A stretch of DNA of 56,524 bases, filler included, from Sphacelaria rigidula (GCA_964200075.2; 7 parts of 7 records of this genome joined end to end with filler, not necessarily neighbours in it), one strand, 5' to 3'; positions 33,873-48,535 are shown, counted from the first letter of the whole stretch. The notes: a model not told the origin generated them from the sequence alone. Numbers and translations: made by a program.

Positions 33873-35477
33873 TATATATTAACCTCCTTCCTCCCCTCCC
33901 CACCCCGCTGCCAACGATGCCCCTGCGTTTTTTCTGGTTCTCCCCATCTGGAAAATGTGTGTTGCATACCGATGGCTTGGTACTGGAAACAACCATGTTG
34001 TGGGCGCGCCAACGATTCTCCCCACAACCGCGATGTGCTCTGGGCATGGGATTGAACGAAATATCAGCATCCGAACCACGGCGAACAGTTGCCGCTTCCT
34101 CGACGAAGCGGCAGGCGTGGAGGCGTCGGTCGTCCGGTTTCATCCTTCGCAAATGGTCCGTACGGTAGTTAGTGCCTGCTCGCGTTTTGGTCAGCACCCC
34201 TCGTGTACAGCAAGTGTTCCAAGTGTTCGGCCGTCCTTTGGCTTCAGACCTCGTTTCGAAACACAAGATCGCCAACTCAATTTCACATCCTGGACAAAAT
34301 GTTGTCAATAGTTGCATTAAAAAAAAAATGGTACTCGCGCGCGAAGTATAGCCTAAAGCAACCATTGTCGGACCGATAATATAGTCCGCAATAGGCCTAC
34401 ACGCTATTATTCACTTGGTACATTTTTTTCTGTTGTAACTGTTGACCGCATGATGTCCAAGGTGTTTAAATTTAACCTCGGGACCGTACACGACGGTCGG
34501 GAGGAGCACTTGTTCCCCGGTTGCGAGCAGCGATCTGAGCAATGATGTGGCTTGTGTTAAGTGACCCTTCAGCGTTTGACCGCGAGCATGGGTCCAACTG
34601 TTGAATCAGCATCACTTTTACTTGTGAATGAGTTTCATGACCCAGATGACCCACTCTCGCAGTCAAGGGGATGGCCGGTTGGCTGCCAGGGTAGGTCATC
34701 CGTTGAATCGGCATTACACTTATACTTCTTATGCTAGCACGGGTTCTGAAAAAATCGTTTATCTCGAAGATAATGATGGTGCACATACACACGGAAGCCG
34801 TGCTATCATAGTAAGTAGAAGCCTATCGGCATCACGATCACACTTGGGAAATCCATCCATGGCCCAGGTGGCCTACCCTGGGGTTCATTAGGGCAATGCT
34901 GATGATTCGTGTTTTTTCTGCACTAAAGCAGCAACTGTCTTCACACAATCCCACTGGTCCTCGTGAGGTTCATTGGGGAGGGTTCGGCGCCGGAGGAGAA
35001 ACACAAATACTGGAACCAATCTCACAGAAAACTTTCACGCCTGACTAGTGTGTGCAGGGTGGCAAGCTGGAACTTGTGTTTGCATTCCTGTGAGGGGAGT
35101 GCTTGTTTTTCTTCCTTCATGACGGCTGAAACTGCCGTGTACTGCATTCAACATATATATATATATATATATTTATATATTCCCAACATTTCTTGTCCTT
35201 CATGCTAATCTTGTGCTCGTATGATGAAAAGCGTGGCGTATGTGTACTGTGGATGTTTTTGCGAATATATATATATTTTCATCGTTCTCGAAGTGTTGTG
35301 CTCTGCTGTACTGTTTTACTATCTCGTACCGTGTGTTCATGTATATTGTATGTGTGGGCATGAGGCGGTTGGATTCGGACAGCGGAGACGTTTTGATGCA
35401 GAGCGATGACAGAACAAAAAACCATTGAATGAATGAATTGAATTCCTTAATCCATCAGTCAACTCACGTACGTTCAG

Positions 35478-38400
35478 GTAGCGGTAGTCCCAGCGCAAGC
35501 GAGGACAGCATCTGCTCGTCCGACTCTGCCTTCCGAGAGGCCATGCGTCGGAAAGGGCTTTCGGTGGTGGACGTCGAGCCCGATGGAAACTGCCTGTTTC
35601 GTTCCGTCAGCCATCAGATTTACGGAGATGTTGATCGTCACGTTCAGGTGTGTGTGTGTGTGTGTTCCCTGTATTCGCTTTCCATTCATGGCCGTTTATT
35701 TATTTTTTCATGGAGATCGGGAGGTGCCGTCTTTATGTGGTTGTGGCGGCGTTTTTTTTTGCATGTGAACAGCAACCCCAAGATGGTCGGCAGCAGCGGG
35801 CAGTATGTCGTGGTGACAAATATAATGATACTTTTTTTTTATGTTTTGGAGGTTTTATCTCAAACATGTCTACAGCATCTGCAGAAAGGACACGCTTGGC
35901 GGGAGAATGGCTTGAACACTACTTACTGTGCTGGTATTTCGAATTTTGTGGTATTAAAAATTAGGAACAAAGGGTTAGGGCGTAGACAACTATTTCGTTC
36001 GAATGAACCCGTTGTCCAGGGATACTTCAGGATTTTTTTTCGCAGGCTGTATTCGCTGGCATTTTGACAATCAGAGGGGCATGCTCGCACAGCGTCACGC
36101 CCGAGTTAGTATCACCTTCTCAATAATCCCGAGAACAAGATGCGATGGAGTCACACAAGTTGACAGAACAAATTCACGACGGGGATGATACACAGCTGTA
36201 GTATGTATCTGAAGCTATAGTATGTCCTCAACGAAGCATGGTCCAATTCCACCCAGTACAGCGAACCAATCAGCGATGGATACCCCTCCCAAACCAGCAA
36301 GCCGAGAGTCATTTTCCAATATGCACGTCCGACATGAGATTACTGACGCTGCATGCATGCCAGTAAGCCAGAACTCTACATGCAGGCATAACTTGCAGCG
36401 GAGTCATGTGTTTTTCTCGCCATCATATCTGATGGTCGTGGCATGCGATCGTGATTCTGTAGTACCGTCCCCCTTCAAAACTCGAAATCTGTGTCCATGT
36501 CAACTCCGCTGATCTCTTTTCATGTAGAGGATCGTTGGAACCCGGGTGCAGGTTCCCGACATGCGCCCCTCCTGTAAATAGGGGCGCCAGCAGCGTTGTG
36601 TGCCTTCGTTCATGGAGAACGCAACCCATAGTTTAACAATGTTTCCGTGAGATTGGGAGTAGAGCACTGACGATAGTGGGTTTTATCATTCGCTTCAACT
36701 AGCCAATGTTTCATTCCGTGTGTGCTTTTCTTTGCCGCCATCACTGGCGTGTGCTTACAGCTGCACGTAGATATCCTACAAGGGGATATCAAGGGCTTCA
36801 GTGCCAAGCTACTACAGAAACATATCGCGCCTCGTGAAGGGGAATTTCGGAGATGAAACGGTCTTCTCACTATTTGGCCTCTTGTCACTCTCAATCGTCT
36901 CCTCTACTCTTGGTCTCACGAAGACATCGTTGTTAGCAGGCTTGTAGGCTTGGATACGACCGCCATATACCCACTTCAGTAGTACTGCACATGGCGTCTC
37001 CTCCTTGCAATCGGGGCACTTCAGCACCAAATAAATACTACACTTCGCAAACTGTACGATGCTCTATGCTACACTGCACTGCATTGCACTGAGTTATGTT
37101 CTGTGCTGGACTGGGACTGTACTGTGCGGGGTTGTACTGAACTGGGTGTACCGTTTTCGTCAGGCACTCCGGAGCGTCCATGTACTGGCGTAGAGCAAAA
37201 ATTCAACTTTTCAAACATGATGTACAATAACTCGTTTCATCTACAGCACGGATACATGTAAGTACATCCTTGCTACATGAAAATATTTTCTTGTCTAGAT
37301 CGGGGGCACCTTCTCTGTGTCTCTGCTGGAGGTGTCACACGAGCGCGGTGCTCTCCAATAATGCCAAAGACCAGGTTTCACGGGGGGGGGGGCGTGGGTT
37401 CACTCTAGGCTGTACGGATTCTGTCATCAATCGTTGCATGCAGGACTGTTCACGTTGCAATCTGGGAGAGGAAGTGCCTGCCTGTATGTCAACACACCTT
37501 AATCGTCCTCGCGTCCTCTTCTTCCGCCTAGGCGATGCTGTTTGGTCCGCTGCTGCATGCACAGCACATCCGGACCCTTTTTGCGAATTCGGGGTATTTG
37601 CCATCATCCACCGTTTTTCACGGAGGCGTTTACAAGACTGTAGATGAAGAATTTTTCCTGACGTCAAAACTGCCCTTGTTCAGGCATAACACGAACTATG
37701 GATAGTGGCCCATCTAGTTCGCGGTCAAGGGTCTGTTCACACACCTGAACATGGGTTCCTTTTTTTCTGCATGATTCTGAATGTCCTCATCTGAGTTACG
37801 ACACACGTGCATATATATCTATATATATATGTATATATGTATTATCAGCGTTTTCATCACTTTATTTTGTTTTGTTTCACTTAATTTGTGTTTGATTCAA
37901 GTTTTTTTTTTTTATTTGTTTTTTTTTATTGTATTGTATTTTATTTCATTTCATTTATCTCATTTTATCTTATTTATTATTTGTCGATGAAAAGGTGCGA
38001 AAGGCGTGCGTGGACCATATGCAGAAGCACAAGTCGAGATTCGGGATGTTTGTCCCGGAGGACTTTCGAGACTACCTCTACAAAATTCGACAGCCAGGAG
38101 TTTGGGGGGACGACCTCGAGATCCGGTGAGACAAACTTCAGCATTTGCCTCAATGCAGTGGTGAACCCGTTTTATAATGCGGCGGAGTGAGGAAGCCCAA
38201 AACGCCTGCCTTATTCGTAGTTCCGCCTTGATACAGGAAAAAGGCGGTCATCATCTTACCGTGGGTTTGGGTATACTGTTTGGAAGGCGAGGTGGCGGCG
38301 GGCGGCGGAATAAAAAGAAAAATCCGTCATACTCTTGGCCGGGGACCTTGAAAACCGTCCTTGTTTTTCGAGCAGGAGTCCGCACTTAGACGGGTTGTGA

Positions 38401-39301
38401 TGGGCGATAGCAAACCCGGCCTAATTGGGAGGATGTTATGACGAGCCGACCCCCCCCATTGGTAGTCCCGCCTTATATAAGGTTCCTGCCGTAGTAACCC
38501 TTCGGGGACCGGACCCCCAGAAACATGGGGTTTGCATGCAGGGACCTTTTGTGAATCGGCATCACTATGACATTTTTACGTGGAAACGACTGAAAATGAT
38601 CCCGTTCAGAGAAGGCCCCTGCGTGCAAACCCCATGTTTCTGGGAGTCCGGTCTCAAAAGGGTAAATACGGGTCCACCGACCCCTGTCTTTCATATTTTG
38701 AACCTTTCCACCTACCTTTTTTTCCAGCCGTCTCGAGCAAAGCGACGCTGTCAATGGACTATGACCTCTGGAGAAGTAGAAAGGTTTGAAACGACCGAAA
38801 TAGACTTTCTACTGGGGTTCTAGTGTAGGCTTGTCTTGCCGCAAGGCGCTGCTTCGCTTTTCACCAACTGACTGGTGCGACGCAAAGTTTACCCCTGTGC
38901 TCTTGTATGACACGTCAGTAAATCCTTGTTTTCGTTCTTTAACCAGCTGCGCATATACGGAAGCCCTAGGCGTCTGCGATCTGTGTGTTGTGCCCACTGA
39001 CTCTAGCCTTGTCTGGTCTCTCGTCTATTTCTTTATTCTTGTGGCTACCTGCCTGCCGGTCTGCTTGTCACTTGACGCACAGAGCACTGGAGGAGATGTT
39101 CGACCGACCCATCGAGATCTTCTCTTCTGATGCGGAGGATCTTCGTCCGATGAAGATCGACTTCGAAGCATCGTCGGTACGTTTTTTTTTCTTCAGCTCT
39201 TGCGTTTTTTCTTTCACGTGCCTCATGCGTCTTCCTTGGTCCGCTAAATTAATACAGATAAGTGTAATAGTAAACAGGTGCCCCCCACCCCCCTCACACA
39301 C

Positions 39302-39353
<52 letters not shown>

Positions 39354-39877
39354 ACGGCATTTTCTATTGCATTATGGCTTTTATTCTTTCACATTTTCTG
39401 TAAAGGAAACAACAAGTCAGTGCCGCACTACTCTGCCTGCTCTGCGCTCTTGATTGATCGAGTGGTCGATTCATTTCATGTCATGAGCTGATCCAGTTTG
39501 AATGCAACCGTGTTCACGACAAATATCTACCCAAGATAAAAGATCCAGTGAAGTTACCCCCTTTACCAGACTCCGGTATGTTTTTGTAAGGTTGGATACG
39601 GAGAGAGAGAAATAAGAAATCCCTTTAATTTTCCCCCATCTGTTTTGGTGCATTTTGTGTTCGAACGCTCTCCGGTGCCTGATCGCGTTTGCGTGCCTTA
39701 TGTGATTTATCTTGCTGTGTGCGTGTGCGTGTGCGTGTGCGTGTGCATGTGTGTGCGCGCGTGTGATGCTCCACAGCTTGACGGTGAAACTGCTCCGATC
39801 AAGCTAAGCTACCACGGGCAGAGCCATTACAACTCCGTCAGAGACGTGAAGATGAAGTACCCCCTGCAACCTCGAAG
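35478..39877 (+). CDS. OTU-domain deubiquitinase (OTUD5-like), partial; exons 35478-35647, 37995-38125, 39083-39176, 39777-39877
   Basis: Spliced product has VEPDGNCLFRSVSHQIYGD...VRKACVDHM...WGDDLEIRALEEMFDRPIEI...PIKLSYHGQSHYNSV with catalytic Cys and His; phases 0,2,0 are consistent. Confidence 0.93.
36634..36931. mobile_element. MITE, copy of the 4358-4655 family (in an OTU intron)
   Basis: Full-length similarity and the same TIRs. Confidence 0.8.
38498..38662. mobile_element. piggyBac-like MITE with ~50-bp TIRs; related copy near 6041-6210
   Basis: CCCTT..GACCGGAC.CCCAGAAACATGGGGTTTGCA.GCAGGG.CC is inverted at both ends; degenerate TTAA flanks (GTAA/TAAA). Confidence 0.78.
39303..39353 (+). 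repeat. (CAA)n microsatellite
   Basis: Directly visible, intronic. Confidence 0.95.
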
Positions 39878-40346
39878 GTATTGCCCCCGCCCCTCGTCCA
39901 AGTCATGATTTCCCTCGCCCACCGTCGGAATATTTGAACGTCGTTCTATTTCCGCTATATTGTAGTACAGCAATATACCCTTGTCACGAGGGTGGTCCTC
40001 CTCACACCCTGGACAACATATGGCCAATAGTTGCAATAGACAAAAAATGTACTGCGTAAAGTATAGGCCTATTGCAAGTGATGACCATATATTGTCCACA
40101 GTGTGATCCTCTATACTGTGTTCCTTGGGTAATCACTTGTGAAGATAGGTCAGGCTCTGGCGATGGTGCAGTCATGATGGACTGGGTTGGCAACCCACCC
40201 CACCCGGGGCAACACGTTGTGTTAAGGAGTGTACTGCGTACAGAATCGAATTTATATTTCATTGCAGCATTAGACGAAGGGCAATGGCCTAGAAAAGGTA
40301 TACCTTCTCGTTTTTTACCTAAGAAAGGTACGAAAAATGGCCAGAA

Positions 40347-40446
40347 NNNNNNNNNNNNNNNNNNNNNNNNNNNNNNNNNNNNNNNNNNNNTTAATTAATT
40401 AANNNNNNNNNNNNNNNNNNNNNNNNNNNNNNNNNNNNNNNNNNNN
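40347..40446. other. Artificial contig linker
   Basis: Same 100-bp spacer. Confidence 0.97.
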
Positions 40447-40518
40447 GTAGGGATGCGAGGTTCATGGTCTGATGACTATGGCATGCATGATCATGAGTAC
40501 ACCGCCCCCCCTCCCTCC
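40447..40518 (+). mobile_element. Family B tail cut by contig start
   Basis: GTAGGGATGCGAGGT.CATGGTCTGATGACTATGGCATGCATGATCATGAGTACACC(C)n. Confidence 0.85.
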
Positions 40519-42251
40519 AGTGTGACAATGGATTGTTCACCCCTTCGCGGAACAGAGTGTCGCTCGGGAGTATCGCTTGCCATGCAAGTGTTTGGCTTTT
40601 TAGAGCCGATTGCTTGTGACTGTGGAGTTATGGTTCCTTGAAAGATGGCCACACCTTTATCGACGTAAACGAAGGAAGTCTTTCTACCGTGGCAGCGAGG
40701 GTCACGGGGGCGTGCGTCCCTTGTCCGAATACAACATGGTTTTCGCCAGAAGACGACACAGCTAACAGTAGCCGCGGCGGTGAGGGTGTAGCGACGTAAA
40801 CATCCGAAGGCTTCGTAGCCAGTATTGAACGGTGACAGATGCAACGCCATAATCCAAGGAAGATACACCTAGAAGTGAGAGCCAGTCGGTAGAACTGAAG
40901 AATATCCGTCGATGAGGGCCGTGCTGCGGAAATGAACGAGGTACAGATATCTTTTTTCGCGTATTTGCCGCCTGGTTGTGCCAGGCTGTGCGGCCGCACC
41001 CCACAAAAGCTCAATCAGCTATTAATAGCGTTCACTACAATCTCATACCCTGAGATAACAGGGGGTATATCTAGCCAGCGCACATGCTCTCAGGTCAAGC
41101 CCACGCCCACTGATGAGAGTGGTTGAAGCACCTGCAAACTGTTTACCATTGCACTCGAGAGGGGTCTTCTAGCTGACGATGTGGACCTTTCCGGATCCGA
41201 GGACTAGATCATGATCAACCGAACTAACGCGTCCAGCGTGATTGGTGTGTATTTTCCATACCCTGGATAATAGAATACAGTGCCAAACAGTGTACTGCGT
41301 ACAATAATAACTATTGCGTCTATTGCAATATACAGTAGATTCCGTACTGTACGCAGTACATTTTTTTACAATGTAGTCTATTTTAAAGGGTCGGGTATTT
41401 TCGCAGGGGTGTGTACCCCAGAGCTGTCAAGTATGTCCGGTGACCGATCGGGTCTACAATATATTGACACCCTTCGCAGACAGGCGCGCATTCGGCTGTT
41501 CTCACCCTGTTGATTGCACCAACGTGTGACTGGTACGATGGCGGGAAACATGCAGTGTGTACTTGAGAGAAGGTATAACACCAACGAAATGTATAGGACT
41601 AACACCTCTTTGTTCCGGTTGTTGTTACTCTCTGACGGAGATCATGCTCTGCGTACAACGATATAACCATGTCCGAAACACGCCCAAACTCAACTCATGC
41701 CTCCGGATACCCCTGTCACCTTCACCGGATGGATACCGGAACTTTCCTCGAAAATGGGATATTTTGTTACCTCGGACGATAGTCTATTCCGTCGCCGGAT
41801 TCTCGTCGTACACCTAGGAGGGCGGAGCTCACCAGAGCTAAACCTCTCCCCGTTCCTCTCCGTGTCCTCCTCAACCTCAACGAAGGTCACCGCAAAGAAT
41901 TGTCCCAGTGGCTCACACTTGTGACACATGAGGATATGTAGTAGCGTCAAAGGTACCGATGACGAATTGATTGATTATTGATTGTTGCACCTCATTGATC
42001 CGCGACCACTACGTCTGCAGTGCACATGACAACACTTGTGCGGGTTCCGTCCTTTCATATCAGGCAAAGGAATCACGTACGGTTGGCACAGCGTGGCATT
42101 TCACAAGCTTGATGCTAAGCAATATATTTTGGAGTCAGACAACTCGACAAAATCACCGCCGTGTGTCCGTACACTCGCGCTCCCGGGCGAAACCAACTAA
42201 TGGTGGAACTAATTTGTTTATCCGACTCGACCTGTTCTTTTGATTTGACAG

Positions 42252-45200
42252 CGGTTATACAAGGCGAGCAGGAGGCGCGGAGGGAAGACCAGCCTGCAGA
42301 CACGGAGGCGAATAAGTATATGCCCTGTCTCTTGGAGGCTTGCGCGTCCAACACACCAAAGCTCGTTACGACTGCGCTGGACGCCATCGTGAAGGTATCG
42401 CATGCAACGCTGTAATGTACTACAAAATAGACGGGTCATGATCCATGTTTACGCGCGCGCGTGCGTACGTTTGTATTTTTTTCGGAATTTTCATGTTTTT
42501 CGGTAGTCGCGTCATTGTGCCCACATTTTGTTCGTGCATGCGTTATTTTGTCCTTAAACACTGCCCACGTCTGCTTACAAGCGTGGCCTAGATATGACAA
42601 ACTTGTTTTCCATCAACGATAAGGAGCACTCGGGATTGGGTAATAAAATCCGAGTGTGACTCTCCGATCACATGATCACACAGGGTGAACATTTGTAGGT
42701 TCTCCGGCTTTGAAATTCCGGACATGGGCCACAAGTCGGCTATGCTGAGCATCTTGCGCGAAGACTCGATAAATCCTGGGAAACCAGGGTTGTTCTTACT
42801 CAGCTGGATCAAGAATGAACGGCCTAATGAAGCATGACCGAACACATCGACGCATATTTTGACGTCTCAAGGTACTTGCCGCCTCAACAGAAAGAAGTCA
42901 CTTTTTGTCATGTGCGTGCATGTGTGTTTCGCTCCCAAAAATGCACGCAGCTGATCGACTATGGCTATATCCAAGACACCGAGCTAGATTCTGACGACGA
43001 ACACGAGTACCTAGATGACCTCGAAAATGAAACTGTCCACGACAGCGATGGTCAAACTACCTCGGCCCCGGAGCAACAATCGCTCGCGGGTGGAGACGCT
43101 GCTTTTTCGCAGCAGCAGCATCAGCCCGCTGCGGACGGCAGCCACCCCCCGCCAGAGGGCATCCCTCCTGAACAAGCGCAGCAAAATACTGCGGAATCAA
43201 GGGGAGAAGAGGGGGTGGAAAATGACACCGTGGAACCGCCGTCGCCCTCGGCTGCTGTGGCTAGAGTAAGGGGCCAGGAAGATGGGCAGGGTGCAGAAGG
43301 ACGAGGGCGGGTGCGTTGGGCGCCCAAGCGCATGTTTATGGACGAGGTGAGGTGGTGTTGGGGGGTCAGAAGAGGAGACGGGGAGTGGGCGGAGTGGGGG
43401 AGTGATTTGTCAGTGTTCTGTCTCAACGCTAGTGCGTGTCGATAGGGTGCTTTAGTCAGGGGCAGATTTGGATCCGCATGAGTCATGAATGATTTTGTGA
43501 GGAATACTTTGCATACTCGTGGAAGAGGGGCCGAGCATCCCTGTCATGGATAGTGTAGGCGAAATGGAGTATGACCTGGTGGACTTACAGCATGCGGTCC
43601 TTTGTTGTTTGTTGACTGGTGTCGATACGGGCTGTTCCGAATGCTGGGCGTTCATTCAACGGAGTACCTTTGTCACTTCCGGTGCAGGGATATATGTCGC
43701 AAATGTCATGTTGAATCTCGGCAATTCTCATATGGCGTCTCGTACGAAATGAGTGGGCGATTTCGCATAAGAATATGAATATAAAAGGCCTCCAAGAGGA
43801 GTACCGTGACGCGTCCGACACTCGACACGTACGAACCATGTTGGCCGGTGCTGTTTTCGCGCTCTATGCCGCAACAACTTTTTGGCTTGTACGTGTACCT
43901 TCCTTGTCTTGTGTTCTCTTCTTCGATGTGAAATGTGTTGTGGAGAGTACTGTATGCTCTACACCAGCTGGGCCAGCCTACAAATGAACTTGAGCTGTCG
44001 CAACCATATCTCATCGACGCAGACAAATCGGGCCGCGAGCCGCACTCATCGTTGGTCAACTAATAAAGGGCCAATTGCCCATCTTGTCAACAACCGGGCC
44101 GAACGCTTTCTGGTTGATAAAATGCCGTGACGTACGTCGATATCTCGATCCTCAAGTCTAACGAAACCCCGAAATATATGTACAGCGTATGACGCTGATT
44201 TTTGGTGTGAACGTTCCTCGGGGCACAGGGAAACGACCGGTATCCTCACCTTCATCTAATTCGCCATCTAGCGAGATATTACTCGTATGCATTTCCTGCC
44301 ATGTGTGGTGAGCAGCACGGAACTGGTTCTTTTTCGTTGTGGACGCCTCTGCCGCTGTTGTGATATCAACAGGTGGTGGAAACAATATGCGACTGCGATC
44401 TCGAGACGGATGAGGTGCAGCTGCAAGTAATTAAGGCACTGGTCCATGCCTGCACCGCCAACACGCTGGCTGTTCACCAGGCCAGCCTGCTCACTGCGGT
44501 CAAAACCATCTATACCGTGAGTTTTCGCGAAGAGTTGTGAGAATTTGGATATCCTGAGAGGGTGTTCCGTGTGACACGTCTAGATTACCGTTGATTTTGC
44601 GTCGTGTGTAGTGCGGGTTGTCGATATATGGTGTCATCCCTTGTGGCGCTGTCCGTTAACGCTTACAGTACAGCTTCCGACATTCTAGGTTAGTTTTGGT
44701 CAATATTTTCAACGCCCACCTGCCCCCATCCTCGGGGATAGCCCATACCCGTAATCTCAAGAGTCTCAAGAGTCTCAAGATATGAACCCTTGTTTCCCCC
44801 GGTCCCTGTTTTGCACTTCCCCGCCGATCATTGGATCATGATTATCGGCACTACCGCAGCCCATCGTATTTCGTCGGGGTTTTTTGTCATATACTGCCAT
44901 AGTGCGTGGCACAGTCCGTATATATTTCCCGCAATGTACTATATCCCGCACTATTTTTGCCGGACGGATATCGCTTTGTTTTCCTTCAAAACGTAAACGA
45001 AAAAAAAAACAGTACGTATCTGTCCGGCAAGATTCAAATCATGTCCCAGAAATAGTAGGGTTCGTGAGAGGGCATGCTATGATTACCACGACCCACCGTG
45101 TGCTCATGTACGGCGTTACATGTTCTTCGTGTTGGACATAAACAGTGTGAGGGTCACTCATGAGGGCGTGCTGTCTCGATCGTGGCGTGCTTACAAGGTG

Positions 45201-47600
45201 TTGCACATGTTGTGTTGTGTTGTGTTTGACGCTTGTTCTCGGACGGCGGGCGCAGGTACACTTGAGCACCCATGACCCTATTAACAAAAACACAGCCAAG
45301 GCCAGTCTGCAGCAGATGGTGAGCGTCGTGTTTTCAAGGATGGAGGCCAAGGACGCTCAGCTCAAGCAGGTTCGTGGTGCTCAGCGAGGGGCAAACGTAA
45401 GGGCGGATACGGTCTAAAATGGTGCTTCCGCCAATGCACATTCTGTTTTGTCAGTTTCTTTATTGTTTTTTCGTCTCGAGATGGAGTACAGTACTTCATT
45501 TTGTCCCCCTTTTCATGGCTCATGTATAGGTTGACGCCCGTGCGGAGAGAAGATGGAGGGTCAACCTATATACGAAGTTGGTATGATGACGCAATACTTC
45601 CAACACGACGACTTTGTTTGTCAGTGAAAAAAGTCTGTCAACTCGGAGACGGGTGTGTATCGTGGATAGACGCAAAATTTTGACTGTGTCTCGGACGTTT
45701 GAATGGGTTCTTTCAAAGAGAGAGCGAGTATGTCAAGATCGAAGCCGGTGTTGTTCAGCGAAAGACACAAGGAGCTGTGTGTTTAGATTGGCTACATTGT
45801 TTGATTGATTGTCGCACATGTACGTGTGCACTTAATATATTGCAGGATGAAAAATCTGTTCTCCTTCACCCATTCTGCTCCATGTAAACGTGTTGAAATG
45901 TGGCACGTTGTTTGGGATACTTAGTAGATGACACTCCATCTATTAGCTTGCCCTCATGTTTTGCGCCGAGATACCAGAAATGCCGACATGGACACAGGAT
46001 AGTCTTCGTGCATATCCAAAAAATGGTTGTCACATATTAACTGATCCACCACTGATTCAACATTGATCTGGGAGTCGTCATATTAGTCACATGATGGATG
46101 TACCCGAGATCAAACCAATCGAAAACACTCGCTGGAGGGAAGTGAAGAAAACAGAAAGATTGAGCAGACACAAGTTGAAACAGTCGAGCGGGAGAGACCC
46201 AGGAGCGACGAGTTGTTGGCTGGTCGTGTCCACAAGAGATCTGTCGTTCCGGATGTATTCCCAAAAATGGAACAGGATCTTTTGTTCCGAGAGAGAAGGA
46301 TGATGTCGACATGGGAGTAGGTTTGTCTGTAAGATGTGTTGCCCAAGCTGGGTAGCATCTTTGTCGGGAGGACACCAGTATCAAGGAGAAGCGGGTTGTC
46401 GAATCTCTTGGACGCCGTGTCTGCTCGTCCCTGCACACGAAATCTGCTCCTGAAGCACGCCATATGATATCCGATGCGATTACGCAATGGGTCGGCGGCA
46501 TCCGCGTGCACGAGTCTCATACCTCTCACCAGGTGCACCGTACTTTCTGTAGTACACGTAGCACCTCCTTGGCCGTCACGCCTCATTTTTGAACAAAATT
46601 ATTGCGGGAGCTTTCTTGTGCCGAACCCGGGGCAACATACTTGCGTCAGTTGCAAACAGAAATTGTACAGTGCAGAGGCAAGAAACCGGCGATTTTGCCG
46701 CTTCCGACAGCTTTGATGGGACAATGAAGTCCCCACAGTAAAGTGCGACAATCATCATCATCATCAATCACAGTACCGCTGTTTCAAAAAAGGCGGGAAA
46801 CAGGCGTATTACATGGCCCCATCAAAGCAACTTCACATGTCAAAATCGCCGGCACTTGCTCTTGTCACGTAGTTGGCAGTCGGGCCATTTTTTCGCTGTT
46901 TCGCCCAGCATCTGACGCATAATATTTTCGGCTCATGACCTCTTTTATACGAACACCCCTAAGTACATCAAGAGCTATCGAAGCTCACGCATGGTGATCT
47001 CCTGATCACAGGGATATGTTTACGTGATGATATGTCGCCGTGGTTCTCGGGATGTTCGGTGAAAAATTCTTTGGCTCTTCGGTCTCCCAGTTGGTATTCC
47101 TTCACGAGAGTTTTTGCCTTTCCATAATCGTCGTTAGTAGGACGAACGTTATTGTTGTGAGGTGCCCCCGACATGATGACGCTGTTTTTTTCTCCGTGTG
47201 CGATGATGCGTATATTCGAAAAAGAAACACTGCTATAATTCGAGTGTGTACCTACGTCTGTGACCTCGGGTCCGAGAGATCGGGTTAGTGCGCGGAAATA
47301 ATAACAATGGTAGTAATATTAGTAGTAATTGTATTTGAATATGTGTGTTCGTACTTACCAGGAGGCAGCGACCGCTGCCGAGCTCGAATCCCTGCGCAAA
47401 TCAGACCCGAAAAAATATCCGCCGCCTGAGCCAGTCGAGCCGGAGCCCGAACCGCAGCCTGAACCGGACCCGGAAGCGACGTTCGAGGTGCCTAGCTCCA
47501 TGTATAGTGCGGTTGCGGATGCCGTGGGGATGAGCAAGGCGTATGCTACAGTGCCTGAACTGTCGGCTGAGGAGGTTTTCGCCAGAAAGAGGCGATACAG
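42252..47600 (+). CDS. BIG/Sec7-family ARF guanine-nucleotide exchange factor, N-terminal DCB region, partial; exons 42252-42394, 42951-43346, 44373-44516, 45256-45369, 47362-47600
   Basis: Spliced product ..KYMPCLLEACASNTPKLVTTALDAIVKLIDYGYI..FMDEVVETICDC..DEVQLQVIKALV..VHQASLLTAVKTIYTVHLSTHDPINKNTAKASLQQMVSVVFSRME matches the DCB consensus; all junctions GT/AG and in phase. Confidence 0.92.
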
Positions 47601-48089
47601 GTGAGCCTGGCCTCGTGTTGGCGTGTTTCCGTGCTTGCCACGACCTGTTCTGTGTAGCGTGTTTGGGGGGGGGGGCGGGGTGTGTGTGTGCTGTCATTGT
47701 TGAATTGTTTGTACATGCGTGTGTTGTATCTTGTGTCTTGATGTGCCCATGTTGCCCGACTGATTTGATTGCTTTGAATGATGCCTTGATTGTCAATCAT
47801 GGTTTATAACAAAATAGATGAGCCCGAGGTGAAGAACTGAAAACGCTCGCCAAACAAGACTCGCAAAGAAGAAGGAAAAGAAAGCGAGAGGGCACAAACT
47901 AAGGTAGAAGTACGAAGTACAAAGCTGCCGATGCTTCGGGTGTAGTTATATACATATGGCCTCACTTAAGCCAGCGGCACTGTTCGTTGTGGTGTTGGTG
48001 GCCCTACATGCGCAACTATGCCACTCATCAATAGACATGTCGCCCACACAGCTTGACCCGTAAAAGGCAAGCCTCCTTCCCCCACGCAA

Positions 48090-48372
48090 CCCATGGCTGT
48101 CGCTGGAAGTGGCGATACCAGAAAAAGTAACAACTCATTCGAGACTTGCATCCACATGCAAAATAATTGTACTCTTTGGACCCAATAATAGCAGCATGCA
48201 GCTCACCCCTCATGCGACTCGCCGAACACACCACGGCGCTTCGCGCTTGGTGATCGACTGCGAGCCTGGTCCGGCAAAAATCCGGCGTGCTCCGTCCCGG
48301 CTTTGTATATATACGAGGTCAATGTTCTCATGACTACGGTATGCAAGATCATGAGTGTACCTCCTCCTCCTG
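48090..48372 (+). mobile_element. 5'-truncated family B element
   Basis: Colinear with the other B copies; C-rich flanks on both sides. Confidence 0.82.
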
Positions 48373-48435
48373 CGATGGGGACGTCCCCGCCCCCACCCCC
48401 CTCCGGCGCCCGCCCCACGCCACGCCCGTCCCGCA

Positions 48436-48535
48436 NNNNNNNNNNNNNNNNNNNNNNNNNNNNNNNNNNNNNNNNNNNNTTAATTAATTAANNNNNNNNN
48501 NNNNNNNNNNNNNNNNNNNNNNNNNNNNNNNNNNN
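48436..48535. other. Artificial contig linker
   Basis: Same 100-bp spacer. Confidence 0.97.

Noticed and set aside
41085..41140. CTGATGAG hammerhead-like motif
   Set aside because: It lacks GAAA adjacent to stem III, and stems I and II do not pair.
40560..41930. Coding-like stretches upstream of the first ARF-GEF exon found
   Set aside because: No frame gives a recognisable protein or a phase-compatible exon; probably decayed repeat sequence.
35478..47600. Functional cluster of OTU deubiquitinase and ARF-GEF
   Set aside because: The genes are on different contigs separated by an artificial linker.
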